In this document: piece after piece, positions 26,195-36,067 of the stretch
Numbering within the stretch: position 1 is the stretch's first letter
How the letters are laid out: each line of letters starts with the position of its first letter
Source of the DNA: an uncultured Verrucomicrobia subdivision 3 bacterium
GTDB lineage: Bacteria > Verrucomicrobiota > Verrucomicrobiia > Limisphaerales > UBA8199
DNA: 64,000 nucleotides
NCBI GenBank assembly: GCA_903912925.1
Contig: CAIWJG010000631.1
Span: 3,004 to 67,003 of the forward strand
Reading direction: 5' to 3'
Position numbers and translations under genes: made by a program
Notes under the pieces: model-generated
Databases searched by the model: none
Seen by the model: the letters and a program-made list of their open reading frames with translations, nothing else
What the model was told of the DNA's origin: nothing

Positions 26195-27061
26195 ATGAGT
26201 CAGAGTCGTAGGGCTTTTGCCCGCAGGTCTGGTTTTACGTTGATTGAGCTGCTGGTAGTCATTGCCATCATCGCCATCTTGGCGGCGTTGCTGTTGCCGG
26301 CCTTGGCCGGGGCGAAGGCCAGGGCGCAGGCGGTGCAATGCATGAACAGCAGCCGCCAGTTGTTGCTCGCCTGGAAATTCTATTGCGACGACAACGGAGA
26401 AAAGGTGCCTTCTGCTTGGTACCCATCTGACGCCGCCAAGCAAGGCGACTGGTGGCCCGTTCCTGACATGCATCGGCCAGTCAATCCCACGACGGATGGC
26501 GCATACGAATACAACTGGAACCCCGACAAGACAGTGAAGCTGAGCCCGTTGTGGCCTTACTGCGGAAACAGCCCTGCCATCTTCCGGTGCCCGGCGGACA
26601 ACAAATATCCCTGTACGGTTACTACCGGGCCTTTCGCAGGCCAATCCTTCCCCCGGGCGCGAAGCATGTCCATGCTCAGTTGGTTTAACGGAGAGGATGC
26701 GCTTAGCGTCAGCGGCACTCCGGGCTACACCGTGTATAGGAAAACCACCGACATGATAAAGCCCGGCCCCGCGATGACTCTGGTCTTCCTGGACGAGCGA
26801 GCGGATACCATCAACGACGGTGAGTGGTGTACCAGCATGGCTGGGTGGGACCCGTATCAGCCTAACTCTTGGACCATTGTTGATATTCCGGGCAATTACC
26901 ACGGCGGCGCGTGCGGCGTTGGTTTTGCTGACGGTCACTCGGAGATTCATAAATGGAAAGACAAAGCACTGAATGCCCCCTTTGGCAGTAATCCGCGTAT
27001 ACCCGCAGCGAATAGCAAGGATGCTTATTGGATTATGGAGCGTTCCACCCGAAAACCCTGA
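26195..27061 (+). CDS. Prepilin-type N-terminal cleavage/methylation domain protein, DUF1559 / H-X9-DG
   Basis: [44 protein letters not shown] and C-terminal [15 protein letters not shown] (exact H-X9-DG). Confidence 0.9.
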   Translation: MSQSRRAFARRSGFTLIELLVVIAIIAILAALLLPALAGAKARAQAVQCMNSSRQLLLAWKFYCDDNGEKVPSAWYPSDAAKQGDWWPVPDMHRPVNPTTDGAYEYNWNPDKTVKLSPLWPYCGNSPAIFRCPADNKYPCTVTTGPFAGQSFPRARSMSMLSWFNGEDALSVSGTPGYTVYRKTTDMIKPGPAMTLVFLDERADTINDGEWCTSMAGWDPYQPNSWTIVDIPGNYHGGACGVGFADGHSEIHKWKDKALNAPFGSNPRIPAANSKDAYWIMERSTRKP

Positions 27062-27083
27062 CCGACCGCGCACCTCACGCGAA

Positions 27084-27428
27084 ATGAAAGCGACCAATGT
27101 TGCCTTTGCTCTACTGGCGGTTTGCTTGGTGGCTGTCGCCGGTTGCAGGAAGTCGGATCAATACGTAGCGACCAACACCCAATTCAACGGCGTTAAGGTT
27201 GACTGGCCTAAGCTCGAAACTGAGTTTGCCAGCGGTGATCAGGAGTTGCAGGCCGCTGCGTCCTTGACGGTCCGTCATATTCGTTATTCGCAGTTCCCCG
27301 AAGCCCTGGGTGACTTGGATGGGCTTATGGCCAACCCCAAGCTAACGGAAGCGCAGAAGAAGTTAGTGGCTGAGTTGGCCGAGCAAACGAAGCAGGCGCT
27401 CGCAAAGGCGCCTGCGCCTGGCCAGTGA
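27084..27428 (+). CDS. Small lipoprotein, function unknown
   Basis: ATG 27084 gives MKATNVAFALLAVCLVAVAGC (lipobox VAGC). Lies 22 nt downstream of the H-X9-DG gene. Confidence 0.65.
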   Translation: MKATNVAFALLAVCLVAVAGCRKSDQYVATNTQFNGVKVDWPKLETEFASGDQELQAAASLTVRHIRYSQFPEALGDLDGLMANPKLTEAQKKLVAELAEQTKQALAKAPAPGQ

Positions 27429-27545
27429 AGCGGCGGGCCGGCATCCTAACCGCGGCCGCGGCCATTAATTGTCGCCACTAAGTGCCTGGAGGGGTGGCCC
27501 AGAACCCCGAGGTTCGTAGCGCTCCCCGGCTTCTACGGAAGCTGA

Positions 27546-28952
27546 TTACTCTCTCACCTCAACGACGCAAATCTGATTCGCCGGCTTCTGAGGCGACGGC
27601 AGCCGTCGCATAAAGGCAATCCTCTTGCCGTCGGGTGAAAACACGCAAGCTTCAGAACGCGGACCAGAGGCATCGTCTGTGCGGGGAGTAAGGCGTTTGG
27701 TTTGGCCGGAGGCCACGGCTGTGACGCAAACACTGTTATCCATTGCGTATGCGATGTAACGCCCATCCGGACTCCAGTTGAACGTGGACGCCACCGGCCA
27801 GCGATTCGTGGTGACTTGCCTGGGGGAGCCGCCGGTAGGCGAAACCGTCCAGAGCTGAACGACCCCGGCGTCGTCCTTCATCAGGAAGGCGATTTGGGAA
27901 CCGTCGGGGGAGCTGCGCAACCAGTGGCGCGGGCCCTGGAGGCCGGGGTAGCGGCGATCAGCAGTGAAGGTGAGCCGCCGCTGGACCGCACCCTTCGGCG
28001 GAGACGCCGCTCGGGTCTCGGTGCCGCACAATGGGCCATCCCCGGGCTTTGTCACATCGTCGGGCAGGTCAACAATGAACACTTCCGAGAACGGTTCGCC
28101 TTTGCTGCTCCGCACCTGACCCTGGAATGCCAAAGCGTGCTTTTGTCGAGAACCATCGGCCCGCGCATAGCCATTGGTGCCAACCCACCCCTCCTCAAAC
28201 GCCTTCTGAATCTCATCCGACCCAGGGCGTGGTTCAGCCGTCGTGCGGGCGGCGAGGACTGTGAAATAGTCGCCATCGTGGTTCCGGGGGGTGCCCTGGC
28301 TCACACGCACGGGGATTCTCGGAACACTCACGCCCAGGTTGCGCTGGTTGATGTCATTGGTCGGCGTGGCGGTTTGGAACTGCGCCAGAACGTGATCCTC
28401 GTAAGTGAAGCTGACCCATTGTCCGGCGGCATCCCACACGTGAACATGCGAGCCGCCGCGCAAGGCGCCCGGGGTGAATGGAGGCGTGATGTCCCGCGCA
28501 TCGAGGTTGGTCTTCTCGCCGGGGCGGTGAACGTCCACCACGACGCCTTGCCGATGCCAGAAAGAGTACTGCCAATCGGCGGTGGGATTCTCCGGGCCGA
28601 GGATGAAGATGACTTTCCATTCGTGCGGGTGGAAGGTAGCGACTCCACAGTGCGCCCCGTTCCGGGACCGGTAGATCTCTTTGATCTCGCCGGTCGAGGC
28701 GTTCACCATCTCAATAGTGTCGCCGGCAAAATCTGAACCTGCCTGGTCCGGGCGGGTATCATAGACGATCCATTGGCTATCGGGCGACCAAATGCTGGTG
28801 TCGGTTAGGATTCGGCCCCCGGGACCACGAGTAAGCTGGCGCTCGGAATCGCTTGTCGGGGCCCCGAGTGTGTTATTGGAAGAAGTCACGCAGCTTGTCA
28901 TAAGCAGTAAAACAACGGGCAGCCTTAGGATCGCTCTGAGACGCGCAGTCAC
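27546..28952 (-). CDS. DUF3748/TolB-like beta-propeller lipoprotein
   Basis: GTG 28952 gives VTARLRAILRLPVVLLLMTSC (lipobox). IWSPDSQWIVYDTRPD, SSPDGSQIAFL, NWSPDGRYIAY and FSPDGKRIAF. The longer track start at 29162 would overlap the divergent gene at 29080. Confidence 0.75.
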   Translation of the reverse strand: MTARLRAILRLPVVLLLMTSCVTSSNNTLGAPTSDSERQLTRGPGGRILTDTSIWSPDSQWIVYDTRPDQAGSDFAGDTIEMVNASTGEIKEIYRSRNGAHCGVATFHPHEWKVIFILGPENPTADWQYSFWHRQGVVVDVHRPGEKTNLDARDITPPFTPGALRGGSHVHVWDAAGQWVSFTYEDHVLAQFQTATPTNDINQRNLGVSVPRIPVRVSQGTPRNHDGDYFTVLAARTTAEPRPGSDEIQKAFEEGWVGTNGYARADGSRQKHALAFQGQVRSSKGEPFSEVFIVDLPDDVTKPGDGPLCGTETRAASPPKGAVQRRLTFTADRRYPGLQGPRHWLRSSPDGSQIAFLMKDDAGVVQLWTVSPTGGSPRQVTTNRWPVASTFNWSPDGRYIAYAMDNSVCVTAVASGQTKRLTPRTDDASGPRSEACVFSPDGKRIAFMRRLPSPQKPANQICVVEVRE

Positions 28953-29079
28953 GTCCTGAACTGATACCACAGGTGGCCGGCCAGGCAAGCCGAAACAGAG
29001 CCGAAATAGAGTGTGAGCGCGTGTAGTCCGGGAATAAAGCTGCTCCGGTTTCGACGTTGCTAACTGGGTAACGCGGCGT

Positions 29080-30495
29080 ATGATCCGGGCCGTGAAAAGA
29101 CTTGTTCGCATCGGGCTCTGGACGCTGGCCGGATTGGCCGTGCTGGTCGTTGCCATGGGCATCCTCTCTCTGGATGGCGTCGATAGCCGGCCTTACTTCC
29201 GTGAGGGTTATTACGCGCAGACCATCGCTCAGTTGCGAGCCAGCGCGGAGACAAACCAACTGGCGCGTGGCGACCTGGCGGCCGGCTTCGGCCGCGCAAA
29301 ACTCAACCCCACGGTGAACGCCGCACAGGATGCCCCGGCGCAAGGTCAGTTCCGCTCGCTCCCTATGGCCGGATACGGCGCCCGGCATGGCAAATCCGCC
29401 ACGGGCACGCACGACGATCTATACATCAAGGCGGTGGCGTTGCGGGTGCAAGGCAAGATTGGCGTGATGGTGGGAGCCGACGCCTTGATCATCCCCCGGG
29501 AGGTAACCGAAATGGCCGTGCAGCGCCTGGAGAAGGAATCTGGCTTGGCCCGCGAGCAGATTTATCTAAGTGCGACACACACCCATTGCAGCGTCGGTGC
29601 CTGGGGCGAAGGGCTCGTAGGAGAAGCATTCGCAGGCGGGTTCCAGCCACAGGCGCGCGTCTGGTTCGCTGATTGCCTGGTCACCGCGGTGCAAAGTGCC
29701 TTGAAGGACCTCAAGCCGGCGCAGTATGGGCATGGCCACTTTGTAGCCTCGCAGTACATCCGGAACCGGCTGGTGGGCGGCTTGGGGAGGGTGGACCCCG
29801 AATTCTGCTATGCCGTGGTCAAGCAGAACACCGGCAAGCAAGCGGTGCTGGGGGTGTTCGGAGCGCACGCCACCGTTCTCGACGATGACATGATGGAATT
29901 CAGCGCCGATTACCCGGGCTGCTGGGAGCGCGCGGTCGAGCAGGCCACGGGAGGCATGGCGGTGTTTCTCGCCGGCGGAGTGGGCAGCCAATCGCCGGTG
30001 CCAGGCGGAAGCGGTGTGGCAGGCACCGAGCAGATGGGGCAGGCCCTGGCGAAAATGTTAGTGGACCAACTGCCGCAGACGGCTCTGACCAATGCGGTCA
30101 CGTTCGGCATGTTTGGCCTCGACGTGACCATGCCCCCGCTCAATGTGCGCCTGACCGACGGCATCCGCCTCCGGCCCTGGCTGGCGGCCAAGCTCGTGCC
30201 GGCCAGGAGCCACAGCTACCTTGAGATCTTCCGCCTCGACGACTCGGTCTGGATTTCGACCCCGTGCGACTTCAGCGGCGAGCTGGCGCTGGGCATCAAG
30301 GATTTCCTGCAAGCCCGGGGAAAGAGCGGGATTGTTACCAGCTTCAACGGGGACTATGTCGGCTACGTGATTCCCTCACGCTACTATCACATGGACGGTT
30401 ACGAACCCAGGCTGATGTCCTTCTTCGGGCCGAACGTGCCGGATTACTTCGATGAGTTGATCCGCACCATGGCGCTAAGCCTTGCGAGCAAGTAG
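29080..30495 (+). CDS. Neutral/alkaline ceramidase-like hydrolase, membrane-anchored
   Basis: N-terminal TM segment IGLWTLAGLAVLVVAMGIL. AAGFGRAKLNPTV...LPMAGYGARHGKSATGTHDDLYIKAVAL resembles the ceramidase N-terminal domain. Confidence 0.7.
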   Translation: MIRAVKRLVRIGLWTLAGLAVLVVAMGILSLDGVDSRPYFREGYYAQTIAQLRASAETNQLARGDLAAGFGRAKLNPTVNAAQDAPAQGQFRSLPMAGYGARHGKSATGTHDDLYIKAVALRVQGKIGVMVGADALIIPREVTEMAVQRLEKESGLAREQIYLSATHTHCSVGAWGEGLVGEAFAGGFQPQARVWFADCLVTAVQSALKDLKPAQYGHGHFVASQYIRNRLVGGLGRVDPEFCYAVVKQNTGKQAVLGVFGAHATVLDDDMMEFSADYPGCWERAVEQATGGMAVFLAGGVGSQSPVPGGSGVAGTEQMGQALAKMLVDQLPQTALTNAVTFGMFGLDVTMPPLNVRLTDGIRLRPWLAAKLVPARSHSYLEIFRLDDSVWISTPCDFSGELALGIKDFLQARGKSGIVTSFNGDYVGYVIPSRYYHMDGYEPRLMSFFGPNVPDYFDELIRTMALSLASK

Positions 30496-30555
30496 AGCAT
30501 GGGAGGGCGAGCATCCTTCCAAGTGCGTCTCAGTGGTCCATTAGGAAGCGGCCTT

Positions 30556-30605
30556 CCCCCTCACCCCAGCCATCTCCTCAGGGAAGAGGGTCAGGGTGAG
30601 GGGGA
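30556..30605. terminator. GC hairpin between convergent genes (possible bidirectional terminator)
   Basis: ccccctcaccc ... gggtgaggggg stem with a ~28-nt loop. Located between the stop at 30495 (+) and the stop at 30625 (-). No clear U-tract. Confidence 0.4.
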
Positions 30606-30624
30606 ACAGGGCACACCCTACGGC

Positions 30625-31968
30625 TTACCGCAACTCGATGGGGTTCGCATAGACCCAGGGAACCCACTTGTCCAGCACCTTGAGCTCTGCCTCGACCCGG
30701 TATTTGCCTGGTCCCGACGGCGTCCAATCCAGCGCGCGACCTTCCTGTTGACAAACGGTGCTGCCGTCTTTGAGGATCGTGAAACGGCACGGCAAGGGCG
30801 ACCTCGCCCCCAGGCGCGTCGCCGGAGTGAACGCGACCGCCTCCCCCATAACCACTTGATTGGTGCCGTCGGCGGCAAACCACTGAAAGCCGGAGCTGTC
30901 GGCGATCATATCAAACCCGACGAAGACCCGTCCTGCCCGGAGACTGTCCATAATGGCGGGCTCAGCTAATGCGTGCGCCAGGACATGGGTATTGACGAAC
31001 CGCGCGCTTCGCTCATAAGGATCCAACTGGACATGAAACAGCTTGCGATTCGGCGTGAGCGGACCCAGGAGCCAGTGTGCCAATGGGCGGGTGAACCAAT
31101 TCAGCTTGAACTCCTTCAGCGTCTTGGGGCTGGTGTCCTCAATCCGGATGGTGTCGGCAGCGGTGTAGATAGCCCGAACGCCGACATTTTGATGGCAGTC
31201 GTTGGCCGCAATTCCAGTGATATGCCGCTTCAGGTTCAGTTCGTCCCAGCGGCACAGGAACTCCACCGGACGAACAAACACCGTGCGGAAGACATGGTCC
31301 GGGTAGCGGCTCTGGTTGACGAGTAGGTCCGGCACCATGCGACCAATGCCCGGGTTGCGGCGTTTGAAGTCCACGTGGATGTTGTAGATCTCCATTCCCA
31401 TCAGTTCAGGACGATCCCAATCCCGCGGCTCCTCCGGATGGGAGTAGAACAGCAGCCCGCCGTTCTCCCCAATCTGCCTGGCCAGTATCGCCGAATCGGT
31501 CTGATTGCTGAGCACCACGCCCGAGGCGACCCCAAAGGGCATGACCCCATTCCGCATCTCGAAGCCCGGGACGAATAGCTTCCCGTCATGGATGCCGCGC
31601 CATTGCAGGCTAAAGTCCGCCCGCCCCTCGTTGGGATGATCGCTCAGGCAGATGAAGTCCAGCTTGGCGGTCTTGAGAACGCCCAGGATCTCTTCGAAGG
31701 GCACCTCGCTGTCGTGGGAGAGCTTGGAATGGCTGTGCAGGATTCCCCGATACTCGTTCCAACCAGTCTGATTCGGCACGTGCTGGAGCTGGGCGCGGAG
31801 TGCTTGCCACGCCACTTCCTCCCGCGGAAAGCCGACGTAGTGGTTGTATAGAGCGCCTCGCAGCCAGAACAAGCCAACCACCGCCACCAGGATCACGCCC
31901 AGTGCGATGAGCCAGAACGCTCGGCGTAACCAGGTCCGCTTCTTGCCATGTGTATCTTCGTCTTGCAT
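30625..31968 (-). CDS. PHP-domain / CehA-McbA-like metallohydrolase, membrane-anchored
   Basis: ATG 31968 gives MQDEDTHGKKRTWLRRAFWLIALGVILVAVVGLFWL. Metal motif YRGILHSHSKLSHDS, then DFICLSDHPNEG. Confidence 0.75.
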   Translation of the reverse strand: MQDEDTHGKKRTWLRRAFWLIALGVILVAVVGLFWLRGALYNHYVGFPREEVAWQALRAQLQHVPNQTGWNEYRGILHSHSKLSHDSEVPFEEILGVLKTAKLDFICLSDHPNEGRADFSLQWRGIHDGKLFVPGFEMRNGVMPFGVASGVVLSNQTDSAILARQIGENGGLLFYSHPEEPRDWDRPELMGMEIYNIHVDFKRRNPGIGRMVPDLLVNQSRYPDHVFRTVFVRPVEFLCRWDELNLKRHITGIAANDCHQNVGVRAIYTAADTIRIEDTSPKTLKEFKLNWFTRPLAHWLLGPLTPNRKLFHVQLDPYERSARFVNTHVLAHALAEPAIMDSLRAGRVFVGFDMIADSSGFQWFAADGTNQVVMGEAVAFTPATRLGARSPLPCRFTILKDGSTVCQQEGRALDWTPSGPGKYRVEAELKVLDKWVPWVYANPIELR

Positions 31969-32128
31969 CTGTTTACAGTAGTTCGACCTCCAGAATGCCG
32001 ACCCGCACCTGATTGTCGATTCGATTTCAATACCCGCCTTACCAGTGCGTTCGACCCTCCGCATGTGCTCGGCGCTTGCGCGCAGACGATGCCCAGATTA
32101 CACCGTCAAAGCGTCGGGAGAACTGGAG

Positions 32129-32172
32129 GAGTACAAGCGGAATACAAGCGGAACACGAGCGGAATACAAGCG
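32129..32172. repeat. 11-bp tandem repeat gaatacaagcg x4 (slightly degenerate)
   Basis: gagtacaagcg gaatacaagcg gaacacgagcg gaatacaagcg. Confidence 0.9.
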
Positions 32173-32249
32173 AGCATCTGGCTGGCAACAGGCTGGCAGG
32201 TGGCTTGCATCACGCTTGCCGCACGACTCCGGGAGGCGTTCCTTGGTTC

Positions 32250-32365
32250 CAAGCCTGCCGCATCGCCGACTTCCCAGTCGGCAAGGCGCACCGCTTCCGT
32301 CGGTTGTCCTCACCTCCGCACTTTGGCAGGTTTGGAAACCCGCGATACGACCGTGGATCTACCGC
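32250..32365. repeat. Intergenic repeat-like element with gccgacttcccagtcggc hairpin
   Basis: Hairpin at 32265-32282 followed by ggcaggtttggaaacccgcgatacg. Spurious translations (..ADFPVGKA.. and ..WQVWKPAIR..) resemble a dispersed repeat class I recall from PVC genomes. Only one copy occurs in this window. Confidence 0.45.
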
Positions 32366-32514
32366 TCCTCCTTGGATAACTTCTCGCAGCTTGGGCCTTG
32401 TCCAGGTAGGTGAGCGGCAGCACAAAGCAGCCAACTATTTCATCGCCCATACTGAGGAAACCGACCGATCAAGGCGAAACACCTTGTCCCGGCGTGTTGG
32501 CTTGCACTCTCCAG

Positions 32515-33159
32515 TCACCGCAGGAATTTTGCCACGGCCGCCGCCTGCGAGTGCACCTGCAGCTTTTCGTAAATGCGGCGCAGGTAGGTTTGAATGGTCG
32601 TAGCGCTGAGGCCCAGATCCACCGCCACTTCTTTGATCCGTTTGCCATGAGCAATCAGCGTCAAGACTTCGACTTCCCGTTCCGTCAGCAGGTTGGCTTT
32701 GGCCGAAGGTTTAGCCTGGCCGTGAAACGACTCGACGACGCGGCGCGCGATGACCGCGGACATCGGGGAGCCGCCCTGCACCACCAATTGAATTCCCTCG
32801 ACGATCTCGGCTGGCGTGGCCGTCTTCAACAAGTAACCGGCGGCCCCCCCTCGCAAGGCCGCGAAGACCAGGTCGCTGTCCTCCTCAATCGTCAACATGA
32901 CCACCTGGCCAGCCGGGCATAGCCGCTTCAGTTCACCCGTGCATTCGATCCCCGACATCCCTGGCAGATTCAGATCCATCAGGACAACCGCCGGCGCTGC
33001 CTTCGGGATTTCGCGCAGCGCTTCTTCGCCCGTGGCGTACATGCCGACGCATTCAATGCCGGGTGTCAGATCGAGTATAGCGGCCAAGCCGCGGCGAAAA
33101 GCCACTCGGTCTTCAACAACAGCAATACGAATCGGACTGGGCGGGCTGGAGGGATTCAT
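32515..33159 (-). CDS. NarL/LuxR-family response regulator
   Basis: Receiver domain IRIAVVEDR...VVLMDLNLPGMSG. HTH domain LTEREVEVLTLIAHGKRIKEVAVDLGLSATTIQTYLRRIYEKL. Confidence 0.95.
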   Translation of the reverse strand: MNPSSPPSPIRIAVVEDRVAFRRGLAAILDLTPGIECVGMYATGEEALREIPKAAPAVVLMDLNLPGMSGIECTGELKRLCPAGQVVMLTIEEDSDLVFAALRGGAAGYLLKTATPAEIVEGIQLVVQGGSPMSAVIARRVVESFHGQAKPSAKANLLTEREVEVLTLIAHGKRIKEVAVDLGLSATTIQTYLRRIYEKLQVHSQAAAVAKFLR

Positions 33160-33181
33160 GGAATCAAAAGGGGCGATATAG

Positions 33182-36067
33182 CTAAGTTTGATGCAGAGGC
33201 ATTAGAATGGAAACCGAGGTGCCGGTGCCAGGTTTCGTCGTAATCTCCAGCGACCCACCAACCTGCTGGACGCGCTCGCGGAGGTTCTGCAAGCCGCTGC
33301 CCGCGATGGTTCGCGCTGGATCGAAGCCGCGCCCGTCGTCTTTGACGGTGAGGTTCAGTTGCCCGTCGTTCAGTCTTAAGCCAACGGTGACCTCGCGCGC
33401 CCCGGCATGTTTGGCAACGTTGGCCAGCGACTCCTTCACCACGGCCAGCAATTCATGCCGCACGCGAGCGGGCACCTCAACCGAACTTTCGCCGGCGGGC
33501 AAGTCCAGCCGGCATTCCAGGCCGGCCGCCTGACAAAATCGTTCGGTCAATTCGCCGATGAACGCTACCAGGCTGCCGGTGTTGTCGCAGCGCGGATTGG
33601 TCGTCCACGCCAGCTCGCGCAACTCGTGCGCCAGCGACCGTGTCTCGCCGGCCAGGCTCTCAAGCTGCCCGGACGCAGCGCTGCCGCGGCGCTGAGCGGC
33701 CTCGAGCTGCAGCGCCAGGCCGGTGAGGCTGGCGCCCAGGTCGTCGTGCAGATCCCGGGCGATACGAGCCCGCTCTTCCGCCAGTACGGTGACCTGCTGG
33801 GCGCGCAGGGTGCGCCCTTGCCAGCGGAGCCGGTAAGCTTGCACGCCCCCTGCGGTGCCGATAACGAGCGCGGCGCACAGGACGTAAAAGGCCCACGTTT
33901 CGTAAAAGTGCGGCGCAACGTAAAACGAGAACTGCTCGCCTTGCTCGTTCCAAACGCCGTGCGAGTTGCAAGCCGCGACGCAGAAGGTGTAGTCGCCGGG
34001 GCGGAGGTTGGTATAGAACGCCACCCGGCGGTTTTGGTCATCCTCAAGCCAGTCCGCGTCGTAGCCCTCGAGCCTATACTTGAAGCGCACCCGCTCGGGC
34101 GCCGCGAGACTGTCGGCCGTGTAATGAATTTCCAGCACCCGCCCCCGCCCCGGCCTGATCTGCATTCGAGGTTGGATGTTCGATGTTGGATGTTCGATGT
34201 TCTTGCCCCCGCCCGCGCATCCATCCCCAAACACCACTTCCCCATTCGCCCGCACCTGCTCAATCACCACCGGCGACGCCAATTCCGCGCTCTGCATTTC
34301 CTTGGGATCAATCATCACGACGCCCTGCACAGTGGGAAACCAAATCCGCCCCTGCTGGTCCTTGCAACCGGCGGGCTGATTGTCCCCGCCATTGCACTCG
34401 CTGTTCAGCATCCCATCGGCCTCCCCGTAAGCGGTGCACTCCACCCTGGCCCGCCGCCCGGCCGCCACCTCGTTCAGTTGCTGCCGCGAAATGCGGTAAA
34501 TGCCGCGCAACCCGCTCAGCCAAAGATAGCCGAAATCATCCTCCTGGATGTTATTCACCACGTTCTCGCCCAATCCCTGCTCCTTCGTGAAGGTGAAGAA
34601 CCGCCGCTCGTTCTCCCCCGCCTGCCCATTTCTACTTTCTGCTTTCTGCTTTCTGCTTTGTTCAGCCCCTGCGGGCACAAACCGGTTCAGGCCGTCCTCC
34701 GTGCCCACCCAGAAAACCCCATCAGTGTCCTCATGAATCCACCACGCACGGTTATTGTGCTCGCCGCGGTTGGTTTTGTAGGCCGTGAATCTTCCATCCT
34801 TGAGGCGATTCAGCCCGCCGCCATAAGTCCCAAACCACATGTCCCCACGCCGGTCCTGATAGATAGCGCGCGCGTCACCGTGAGAAAGCCCCTGGTTGGT
34901 GGAATAGCTGCTCCACTGCTCACCATCCCGGCACAGCACTGCGGTCCTGATGCCAAGCCATATCCGGCCCTGCCGATCCTCGAACAGAGCCTTAAGGTCC
35001 TGCCCATCCCCTATTTCTCCCGGGGCGGGCAGCATCTGCCATTCCCCGCCTCGGAAACGCGCCAAGTGAGGGCCCGGCCAGGCTACCCATACCGCGTCGT
35101 GCCGGTCGGCCAGGAACACCCCGATCCGGCCCCACTCCCTGCCCTCCTGCGGGGCTTTCACATTCTCCACTTTCCCTGCTCGAATGCCGCTGAGGCCCGC
35201 GGCCGTCCCCACCCAACTCGTGCCGTCGGTGCCCTGGGTGACCGCTTGCGTGTCATCGTTCCGCAACCCCTCACGCCGTGAATACGCTCTGATCCGCTTC
35301 GGCTCCAACCGGAACAGCCCGGTCGTCGTCCCCACCCAAAGATCCCCTTCGCGATCTTCCAGCACGCGGGTGACATTCAGATCCTCGGGAAACTCAGGCG
35401 CCGCAAAAGGCTCCAGCCGCCCCTGAATCAGCCGGTGCAAGCCAGTGTGGCCGCCCTCGAGACGACGAGTGACCCATACCCGGCCATCGCTGGTCCGGCA
35501 AATCCGCTGTTGCCAGGGCCTTGATTCCAGGCCCGCGCTCGCCACCACTGTCCAGACGCCCTTGCTGCCCCGCCAGATGCTGGTGCCGGTGCAGAGCCAG
35601 AGCGAGCCGTCGGCCGCCCCAAGAAACGAAAAGCACGACGAGAGATCCGTGGACGGCACCTCCGGCGGGCTGAGCGAGGTCAACGACTTCGTGTTCAAAT
35701 CCAGCCGCTGAAGGCCACCCCCTACAGCCGCCCCCCCGAGCAGGACCAGCAGTCGTGAGGAACTCTCCTCGCCCAACTGCCTTACAGGATACTCACTGCC
35801 CGCCGAACCGAACGTCCAGGTTTGCACCCGCCCCCCGCGCGCCAGCGCCACCCGGCCTGCCTGCGGCGAGAACCAAACGCCGCCCGCCCGAGCCGCGCAG
35901 AGCGGACCAACCGGATCAGTCACCCCCCCTTCCGCCTCATAGCGCTCGAACCGATGATCGCGGTAATACAACAAGCCGTCGCCGGCACCGATCCACAAGC
36001 TGCCATCCTTCTGGTCCACCGCCAGATCGTTAAAACCGTTCCCGACACCGTGCCATCGCTCTTCCAC
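33182..36067 (-). CDS. Sensor histidine kinase: Reg_prop beta-propeller repeats + Y_Y_Y + TM + HisKA_3 + HATPase_c (5' end apparently displaced by a frameshift)
   Basis: Repeated DG.LW.GT..GL motifs. Y_Y_Y segment RPGDYTFCVAACNSHGVW. TM segment WAFYVLCAALVIGTAGGV. H-box ARIARDLHDDLGASLTGL. ATPase segment DDGRGFD...GSGLQNLRERV. The track ORF starts at a GTG directly after a TGA and has no N-terminal signal or TM segment. Confidence 0.9.
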   Translation of the reverse strand: MEERWHGVGNGFNDLAVDQKDGSLWIGAGDGLLYYRDHRFERYEAEGGVTDPVGPLCAARAGGVWFSPQAGRVALARGGRVQTWTFGSAGSEYPVRQLGEESSSRLLVLLGGAAVGGGLQRLDLNTKSLTSLSPPEVPSTDLSSCFSFLGAADGSLWLCTGTSIWRGSKGVWTVVASAGLESRPWQQRICRTSDGRVWVTRRLEGGHTGLHRLIQGRLEPFAAPEFPEDLNVTRVLEDREGDLWVGTTTGLFRLEPKRIRAYSRREGLRNDDTQAVTQGTDGTSWVGTAAGLSGIRAGKVENVKAPQEGREWGRIGVFLADRHDAVWVAWPGPHLARFRGGEWQMLPAPGEIGDGQDLKALFEDRQGRIWLGIRTAVLCRDGEQWSSYSTNQGLSHGDARAIYQDRRGDMWFGTYGGGLNRLKDGRFTAYKTNRGEHNNRAWWIHEDTDGVFWVGTEDGLNRFVPAGAEQSRKQKAESRNGQAGENERRFFTFTKEQGLGENVVNNIQEDDFGYLWLSGLRGIYRISRQQLNEVAAGRRARVECTAYGEADGMLNSECNGGDNQPAGCKDQQGRIWFPTVQGVVMIDPKEMQSAELASPVVIEQVRANGEVVFGDGCAGGGKNIEHPTSNIQPRMQIRPGRGRVLEIHYTADSLAAPERVRFKYRLEGYDADWLEDDQNRRVAFYTNLRPGDYTFCVAACNSHGVWNEQGEQFSFYVAPHFYETWAFYVLCAALVIGTAGGVQAYRLRWQGRTLRAQQVTVLAEERARIARDLHDDLGASLTGLALQLEAAQRRGSAASGQLESLAGETRSLAHELRELAWTTNPRCDNTGSLVAFIGELTERFCQAAGLECRLDLPAGESSVEVPARVRHELLAVVKESLANVAKHAGAREVTVGLRLNDGQLNLTVKDDGRGFDPARTIAGSGLQNLRERVQQVGGSLEITTKPGTGTSVSILMPLHQT
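34168..34202. repeat. Half-copy of the H1/H2 7-mer array inside the kinase CDS
   Basis: gaggttggatgttcgatgttggatgttcgatgttc is translated on the minus strand as GKNIEHPTSNIQP, in frame, within the kinase. Confidence 0.85.

Noticed and set aside
33407-35281. 624-aa ORF antisense to the sensor kinase (also 33565..34263 and others)
   Set aside because: Shadow ORFs. The minus-strand frame carries unambiguous Reg_prop, Y_Y_Y, HisKA_3 and HATPase motifs, while these translations are proline/arginine-rich with no motifs.
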